Assembly: GCA_963845755.1 (NCBI GenBank)
Contig: CAWJTV010000038.1
Location: 1 to 64,000 of the forward strand
Source: an uncultured Planctomycetota bacterium
Lineage (GTDB): Bacteria > Planctomycetota > Planctomycetia > Isosphaerales > Isosphaeraceae
Direction of reading: 5' to 3'
Length of the DNA stretch: 64,000 nucleotides
The notes under the pieces are model-generated. The model saw only the letters and a list, made by a program, of their open reading frames with translations, was not told the DNA's origin and did no database searches. A program made the translations under genes and the position numbers. Below, piece by piece: positions 57,680-64,000 of this stretch. Position 1 is the first letter of the stretch. Every line of letters begins with the position of its first letter.

Positions 57680-59543
57680 TCAGCGCGTGAACCAGGCCGC
57701 GCGTTCGGACCGACCGTCACTGGCACGGTGTCGCTGACGTCCACCGTAAACCGGTACACCCGGCGCACCGTCTGCACCTGCCGCTCGGGATAGAAGAAGT
57801 ACAGTTCGACATCCCAGCACTCCGAGCCGGGTCGGCAGATCGGGCTGCGGACGACGTTGACGCTCTCCAATTCCATCTTTTCCTTCAGGGCGGCTTCGTA
57901 GATTCTCTCGAAGGCAAAGGCATTGGTGGCCGCGAAATTGATGGCCCGGTCCTGCGGCGTCAGACCCAGGTTGCGCAGGCCGTGGTAAACGCGGTCGAGG
58001 AAGTTGCGGAGGCCCTCCGTGCGCTGCGCATGCGCATCGCGCTCGGGCTGGGGAGCCTCCGCCGCGGGCGCGGGGCCGGCCACTGAGTCCGTCAGGGCCG
58101 CAGTCGTCCAGCTAAACATGCCGCGCAATTCCGGCACGATGACGGGCACGACCTGCCCCGTCAGGAGCGTGGCCTTGCCGGCAACGACGCCCGGGATCGA
58201 TACACGCTCGACCCCCTCGTCCAGTTGCTCACGCAGGAACCGCCGCAGTTCCTTGTAAGCGTCGGCGGCGAACGGTCCTTGCGGCCGGACCGCGTAAATC
58301 GCCGTGCCGTCGAGAGAGAGGGTCCATTCGACGGAGGCGGCGTCCCAGGGGTGCTCGTCGAGATAGTCGAGCATCCGCCGGGGGTCGAACGCCAGGACGC
58401 GTTCCGTATGACTCGCACCGGTGACGCCGGCTATCACCTGGGCGAGGCTGTCGAGGCGGGCTTCGCTGACCAGGTCGTAGCCGAGCTGGCCGAGAGCGTA
58501 GACCAACTGCCGCGACCCGGCCTGACAACCGCAAGCGGACGGTTGGACTGCCGCGGGGCGAACCGCGTTTTCGGTCGGGCCGGGTGGGATCGGCGAGGCC
58601 GCGTCCAGGTTGTCTTGGCTTGGCGCCACCTCGCTCTGTGAGGCGGTGGAGTCGGACATGGTCAGCATACTCCGCGTGAGGATTGTTACGGCTCCATCGA
58701 CACTCAACCGTCCAGCCAGGAGGCGGCGGCAATCCGTTGTCGGCTTCTGATCACATCCGAGGGCACTGAGCAACAATGCCTCCCGGACGAACTGCGGGCT
58801 CGGCTGCCGGCCGCGTTTTCGCTGCAAACTCAGGAGCAGGGCCGCGACTCCCGAAACCACGGCCGTCGCGTAACTGGTGCCGGTACCCGCGCCGTACCTC
58901 CACCGGGTTGCGCTCCCAGTATATCCACGCCCGGCGCCAATATCCCCTGGATTCCGTAAAGAGCGCCCCAATTGCTGGACTCGAGGGGTTTCCCCTGGGC
59001 ATCCATCGCGCCCACCGCCAGCACCGAGTCGAGGGCGGCGGGGACGTGGAGGCACGCGCAACCGTCATTGCCCGCGGCGGCGACGATCAGGACGCCGCAC
59101 CGGGCGCAATCGCGGACCACGTCGGCCAGCAGCGGGTGAGCAGTGCCCGAAGGGGAAAACTGTCCGCCGCTGATGTTGACGACGTGGGCGCCCTGCTGTA
59201 CCACCTGGGAGATGGCCCGTGCGAGATCGAGTTGCGAACAGAGCTGAATCGACTGCTCACTGACGGACTGAAAAATCGGCACGAGGACGCCTCGGCAGAG
59301 CGGCGCGAGGCCCGGCACGGGCCCGTCGTGCTGGCCGAAGATCACGCTGGCGATGTGGGTACCGTGCCGGCTGGCCAGGCCGAGGTCGGCGGTCCCCGAA
59401 ACCAGGGTTTCCACCTGCGTGAGGTTCGCAGTTTTCAAACTCGGGTGGGAGCGGTCAACCGGCCCGTCCAGCACCGCGATGCAGACCGCGGGATCGCCAA
59501 GGGTCTCGGCCCAGATTTCTCGGATTCCGGAGAGGAGGCCCAT
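57680..59543 (-). CDS. patA: PatA-type cyanobactin maturation protease (S8 + PatG_D/PatG_C domains), frameshifts at ~58887 and ~57700
   Basis: IAVLDGPVD, HGTHIASVIFGQHD, SQLDLARAI, AAAGNDGCACLHVPAAL, SNWG..Y..QGILAPG, GTSYAT; then VYALGQLGYD, ERVSIPG, FLDRVY..LRNLG....RAINFAATN, SPICR..S.CWDV, VYRFTVDVSD..PVTVG. Confidence 0.92.
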
Positions 59544-59672
59544 GACGATACAACCGCAATCTGCCCACGAAGATGAACGCTAGAAGTGGTCGCACGCCTT
59601 GTGAGCCCACTCCCCTGTGTGTCACTAGGATAAGCCGCCCGCCACGCGATGACAAATGAAAAACGCATCCTG

Positions 59673-59922
59673 ATGGCACCCTCGAAATTTCGAGCGATCT
59701 CTGCGTTTGTTCCAGCGCCAAAGTCCATTCCGGCCGTTCTCGGTCACCTTGGTGAATGGCAATCGCTTTCGCGTCCATCATCCCGAGGCCATCGTCGTGC
59801 GGAATGGGGTCGGGGTATACTTGGCGGCGGATGGTGAAATCTGGCTGTCCCATCATGAGAGCGTCCGCCAGTTCGAGTGGGAGCCGTCGAGTAAGAAGTC
59901 CCGCCGGCAGGCGAACTCGTAA
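59673..59922 (+). CDS. Small planctomycete hypothetical protein, probable frameshift near 59682
   Basis: PFRPFSVTLVNGNRFRVHHPE motif; nearest plausible ATG (59673) is in another frame. Confidence 0.55.
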
Positions 59923-59981
59923 GTAGGTCAGGCTTTCCAGCCTGACGTCGGCGGATTGTCAGGCTGGAAAGCCTGACCTAC
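59923..59981. repeat. GTAG-type REP pair (perfect 24-bp inverted repeat)
   Basis: GTAGGTCAGGCTTTCCAGCCTGAC-11 nt-GTCAGGCTGGAAAGCCTGACCTAC between convergent genes. Confidence 0.92.
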
Positions 59982-60913
59982 AGGGTCTCGACCTCGATCG
60001 CCTCGGTCCACCGCTGGACCTCGGCCAGTTCGATGGCCCCGGCGTCCCAGACCAGGGCGTTGGCGACGGCGCAGGCCAGCGCGTGGCGGAACAGCGGTTC
60101 GGGATCCCACCGCTCGAGCCAGCCGTCAACCAAGCCGGCCAGGAGCGAATCGCCCGAGCCGATCGGGTTGACGACCTCGACCGCGGGCGGGATGGCGCGA
60201 TAATGCCGCCCTCGGAACTGGGCCGCGACGGGATGGGGCCCGTCGGTGATGATGCCGCAAACCACGCCGTGGCGATGCCAGTCCTTGAGCAAGCCGGCCG
60301 CGTCGTCGTCAGTGAGGCTGGGCTTGTGGAGATGGGCGGCGGCCTCGCGGCGATTGAGCTGGATGACCGTCGGCCAGAAGCCCCAGATCGCCCCGAGCGC
60401 CGGTCCGTACGTATCCAGGAACACCGGCACCCGCCGCGTCCGGGCCATCGCGATCAAGTCGCTGAACAACCCGTGCGTCGCCGGGCACGGACTGGAGCCG
60501 GAGAGTGTCAGCGCCTCGACGTCGCCGCGGAGGGCCTCATTGACGCGCTGGAGCATCGCGCCGGCTTCGGTCGGCGTGATGGCCGGATCGGGGTCGAAGA
60601 ACGCCGTCTGCTCGGCACTCGATTCGGTCCGGACCGTCAGGATCACGCGGGTCGGTGCCGCGGTCGGGATGGCCAGCGATTCCAGGCCGTCGTCGGCACG
60701 CAGCAGGGCCTCACACGAGGCGCCGACCGGCCCTCCCAGGAAGGTCACAGGCACCGGGTCTCGTCCCAGCCGCCGCAGAGCGCGGGCGACGTTATTCCCC
60801 TTTCCGCCTACGACCTCGCGGAGGGCTGTCCCACGCACCAGGTCTCCCGGACGCCAGGGAGGGACCGTCAAGGTCTTATCGAGACACGGGTTCAAAGTGA
60901 CGCACAAGATCAT
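59978..60913 (-). CDS. PfkB / 1-phosphofructokinase-family sugar kinase
   Basis: VTLNPCLD, GGKGNNVAR, LSGS, NPIGSGD. Confidence 0.92.
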   Translation of the reverse strand: MILCVTLNPCLDKTLTVPPWRPGDLVRGTALREVVGGKGNNVARALRRLGRDPVPVTFLGGPVGASCEALLRADDGLESLAIPTAAPTRVILTVRTESSAEQTAFFDPDPAITPTEAGAMLQRVNEALRGDVEALTLSGSSPCPATHGLFSDLIAMARTRRVPVFLDTYGPALGAIWGFWPTVIQLNRREAAAHLHKPSLTDDDAAGLLKDWHRHGVVCGIITDGPHPVAAQFRGRHYRAIPPAVEVVNPIGSGDSLLAGLVDGWLERWDPEPLFRHALACAVANALVWDAGAIELAEVQRWTEAIEVETL

Positions 60914-60954
60914 GGCGATGGTCACCAGGTTCGTCGATCACTGAGTCATCCGTT

Positions 60955-61581
60955 CTAATCCTTGGCCTGTCCGGGCTCGGCCGCCCCATTCGGGTTGGAT
61001 GGCAAGCTCGTGGGCGGCTCATGTTGCGGGAAGATCTCCCGCACGGGGCAACGGAAGCCGGGGATGATGTCCTCGCCCGAGAGGTCGTCCCCTTCACGCA
61101 CGCGGCGGCATGAGCCGTCAACGCGGTAAACCTTCACCGTGCGCGACTTTGGAAAAACCACCCAGATCAGCGGAATCCCCGCTCGTTCATAATCGTCCAG
61201 CTTCTCATCCAGCTCCTCCGCGGTATCATTGGGCGAGACGACCTCCACGGCCAGGTCGGGACGGATCTTGATCCAACCCCTGGGCAGCACGCCGCCGGCA
61301 AGGCGGCCGTAGCCGACGAATGAGACATCGGGCCTCCGGACGAGGCGAGGAGCGTGGGGAAAGCATTGGTAGCCGTTGTCGGCGGGGAAGATCCACCCCA
61401 GATCGTGCTCCTCACAAAAACGTCCGAGGCGGGAGCTCAAACGAACTCCCACCCAACTGGATTCGGCTCCCATCTTGCACTCCACGAGTTGACCATCGAC
61501 CAGCTCGAAGGTCTTTTCGTCGGGCAGTGCCAGTAGGTCTTCGGGCGTGTACTCGGTCGGGGTCGCGACTGCCGTGCTCAT
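60955..61581 (-). CDS. Uma2-family endonuclease
   Basis: ELVDGQL, VRRPDVSFV, PDLAVEVVSPND, K..DY..AGIPLIWVV.P. Confidence 0.92.
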   Translation of the reverse strand: MSTAVATPTEYTPEDLLALPDEKTFELVDGQLVECKMGAESSWVGVRLSSRLGRFCEEHDLGWIFPADNGYQCFPHAPRLVRRPDVSFVGYGRLAGGVLPRGWIKIRPDLAVEVVSPNDTAEELDEKLDDYERAGIPLIWVVFPKSRTVKVYRVDGSCRRVREGDDLSGEDIIPGFRCPVREIFPQHEPPTSLPSNPNGAAEPGQAKD

Positions 61582-61792
61582 GGTCGGCCTCTCTCGATCG
61601 ATGACGTTGAGGATCACGGATCGACGTCATTGTACCATCGATTCCCGCGCCTTGGAGTCGAGACGGCGGACAGCCCCGTTGTCGGGACGCCCTCGCGTCG
61701 GATATGGTGTACCCGGTTTTCCTTGCGTCGATACGCAACGAGAGGGTTCGGACAAGATCGGACCGGGGCCGCCGGCGGGGAGCATCCAGTTT

Positions 61793-64000
61793 ATGCAAGG
61801 TCTTGCGCGCTTGTTACCGTACGCTCTGGCATTCACGAGCAGTCTGTGCATCATGATCCTGGAGCTGGTTTCGAGCCGGCTGGTCGCGCCGCACGTCGGC
61901 TCGTCTTTGACGGTCTGGACCAGCGTGATCGGGATCATCCTCGGCGGCATCTGCTTGGGGAATGTGCTGGGAGGCCGGCTGGCGGACCGGGTCCAGCCCC
62001 GTCGGGCGATCGGACCGCTGTTCGCCCTGGGAACGTTGCTGACCCTCGCGACCTTGTGGATGAATGGGGCCGTCGGCAGCATCCTCCCGCGCCCCGACCA
62101 GATGAACTGGGAGCTGCGGACGATCCTGGTCGTGACGGTCGTTTTTCTGATCCCTGCGACCGTCCTGGGAATGGTCGGACCGGTCGTCGCCAAGATGGCC
62201 GTGGAGCAGGCGGCGAAGTCGGGCAGCGCGATTGGCGACGTGTACTTCTGGGGCGCGATCGGATCGATCGCCGGCACGTTCCTCTGCGGCTTCGCGCTGA
62301 TGGCCCTGGCCGCGACCTCCACCATCGTCATCCTGGTCGCTGCGGCACTCGCCCTCCTGTCGGCGGCATTGATCGGCACTCCCGGCGGCTGGATTGCCGG
62401 TCTGTTGACAGCCCTCCTCCTGGTGCTGGGCGCGAGCCCCGCGGTGGTGAGCGGGCTCGGTCTCGGTGGCGTGAACCTCGGCTCGTACACGCTGAATTAC
62501 ATCGTCGTGGCGGGGAATGTCCTGGCTTGCGCCCTGGGCCTCGTCGGCCTGACCGGCCTGCTGGGCGCCGGACGGACGAACGAGGACGTTTCCGCCAGGC
62601 CGGCTTCCAAACCTGTCCTCAAGGAGGAGGACGAGGATCAACCGCGCCCCGGCTTGTGGGACCTGGCCGCGCTGGCCTTCGTGGCCAGCCTCGTGTTCAT
62701 GGCCCTGGAGATGGTCGCCGGCCGGATGGTGACCCGGCATCTGGGTTCCAGCATCTACGGCTGGACCAGCGTGATCGCCGTCCTGCTGGCCGGCCTGAGC
62801 TTCGGCAACTTCCTGGGCGGCAAGATCGCCGATTTCATCAAGAACGAGAAGCACGCGAGCTGGCTGTTCCTCGTCGCATCGGTCCTCACCCTCGTCATCC
62901 TGGTGCTGGAAAGCCCGCCCAAGTGGCTCCACGACCAGTTCCTCGAGGATATGCCGCTGAATCGGTCCATACTGAGCAGCGCGATCTCGCTCGACCATTT
63001 ACCCCTTCCCGGCGGGAACGCCCTCGACCTCTCCTGGCCTTATCGCATCCTGCTGGTCGTCGCGATCGTCTTCTTCCTCCCCGCCTTGTCGCTGGGAACC
63101 GTCAGTCCGGTGGTCGCCAAGCTCGCCGTCGATCGCCTGAAACGCTACCAACGCACCGGCACGGCCATCGGTGAGGTGTACGCCTGGGGGATGGTCGGCA
63201 GCATTCTCGGTACCTTCCTGACCGGCTTCTTCCTGATCGACACACTCGGGACTAAGGGGGTCATCCTGGTGCTGGGGACCGTCCTGGCCTTCGGCGCGAC
63301 CATGCTGGGCACCCTCTGGCATGCCATCTGGGCCGGGATCCCGCTGGGTCTTTGCGTCCTGGCGTTCACCCCGCCCGGATGGGTGGATTCCGTCAATCGC
63401 CTCATGCCCTGGTTCCCCAGCGGTCAGTCCTTCGAAAAGATCGGGCTCGACTGGGGCATCCGCGAGAAACAGGGGGACCTCGGCGACAAGAAGGCGGAGC
63501 TCGCCTGGATCGATGAGAGCAAGTACTATTATATCAAGATCGAGAACGAGCTCCTCGGCGACGGCGAGACCCATCGCCGTACGCTCGTGCTCGACAATCT
63601 GATCCATGGATACTTCATCCTCGGCCACCCCGAGCGGTTGGATTACGATTACGAGCACATCTATGCCCTGGTCGCCTACCGGGCCGCCAAGGCCGGCGGC
63701 AAGGTGACGTTCAAGCCCGAAGCCGACATCAAGGGTGAAGATTCGACCCCATCGCCTGACGCGAAGCCCGATGACAGTAGTCCGGCGAAGCCCGCGGAGC
63801 CCAGCAAGGGCGGCGCAACCGAGTCACCGAAACCGGCCGACCCGAAGGACACCGACACGACCGATTCGCCCAAGGCGGAGGCCGGATTGAGGAGCATCCC
63901 CGCGTCGATCCAGGACGAGAAGGGATCCGGCACCCCGGCCCAGAAGGACGCCCCCAAGCCGGAGCCCAAAGCCCCGACGACCCCGCCCAAGGCAGAGGCC
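61793..64000 (+). CDS. Fused MFS-like / spermidine synthase protein (runs off right edge; absent from ORF track)
   Basis: Manual translation: MQGLARLLPYALAFTSSLCIMILELVSSRLVAPHVGSSLTVWTSVIG...; second unit LEMVAGRMVTRHLGSSIYGWTSVIA; ESKYYYIKI...RTLVLDNLIHG in the same frame. Confidence 0.9.
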   Translation, partial: MQGLARLLPYALAFTSSLCIMILELVSSRLVAPHVGSSLTVWTSVIGIILGGICLGNVLGGRLADRVQPRRAIGPLFALGTLLTLATLWMNGAVGSILPRPDQMNWELRTILVVTVVFLIPATVLGMVGPVVAKMAVEQAAKSGSAIGDVYFWGAIGSIAGTFLCGFALMALAATSTIVILVAAALALLSAALIGTPGGWIAGLLTALLLVLGASPAVVSGLGLGGVNLGSYTLNYIVVAGNVLACALGLVGLTGLLGAGRTNEDVSARPASKPVLKEEDEDQPRPGLWDLAALAFVASLVFMALEMVAGRMVTRHLGSSIYGWTSVIAVLLAGLSFGNFLGGKIADFIKNEKHASWLFLVASVLTLVILVLESPPKWLHDQFLEDMPLNRSILSSAISLDHLPLPGGNALDLSWPYRILLVVAIVFFLPALSLGTVSPVVAKLAVDRLKRYQRTGTAIGEVYAWGMVGSILGTFLTGFFLIDTLGTKGVILVLGTVLAFGATMLGTLWHAIWAGIPLGLCVLAFTPPGWVDSVNRLMPWFPSGQSFEKIGLDWGIREKQGDLGDKKAELAWIDESKYYYIKIENELLGDGETHRRTLVLDNLIHGYFILGHPERLDYDYEHIYALVAYRAAKAGGKVTFKPEADIKGEDSTPSPDAKPDDSSPAKPAEPSKGGATESPKPADPKDTDTTDSPKAEAGLRSIPASIQDEKGSGTPAQKDAPKPEPKAPTTPPKAEA

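Noticed and set aside
56977..59543. Canonical cyanobactin (macrocyclic or azole) cluster
   Set aside because: No YcaO/PatD, PatG, PatF, PatB/C genes; precursors lack LAELSEEAL and AYDG-type followers; cores are far longer than cyanobactin cores.

Overview
GC-rich bacterial DNA with a strong Planctomycetota (Isosphaeraceae-like) signature: two DUF1501 genes, PSCyt/PSD1 cytochrome proteins, TIGR03067, a LEPR-XLL secreted protein, an extended ECF sigma factor and a kinase-WD40. The left end (1-7.1 kb) is accessory. It holds a minus-strand group II intron whose EBS1/EBS2 pair with its own 5' exon (its RT gene was missed by the ORF track), a 146-bp nested palindrome, and a patch of defence/TA genes and fragments (Abi-like membrane protein, HsdR-N, Nmad3, HNH, PIN, DUF6932-XRE, Uma2) punctuated by REP-like repeats. 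The middle (8-52 kb) is mostly ordinary metabolic and housekeeping genes, including aminotransferase, tricorn protease, sulfatase and mfd. The best candidate for an undescribed system is at 56977-59543 (minus): a PatA-type cyanobactin protease followed by two small genes that share a leader ending in PatA-like sites (GVSAS, GIEPA) and carry different cysteine-rich cores on a common Cys scaffold. No heterocyclase, macrocyclase or follower peptide is present, and a membrane Ser/Thr kinase-WD40 lies directly downstream. About a dozen genes, including mfd, carry small frameshifts, most likely sequencing indels. All family names come from motif recognition; no searches were run.
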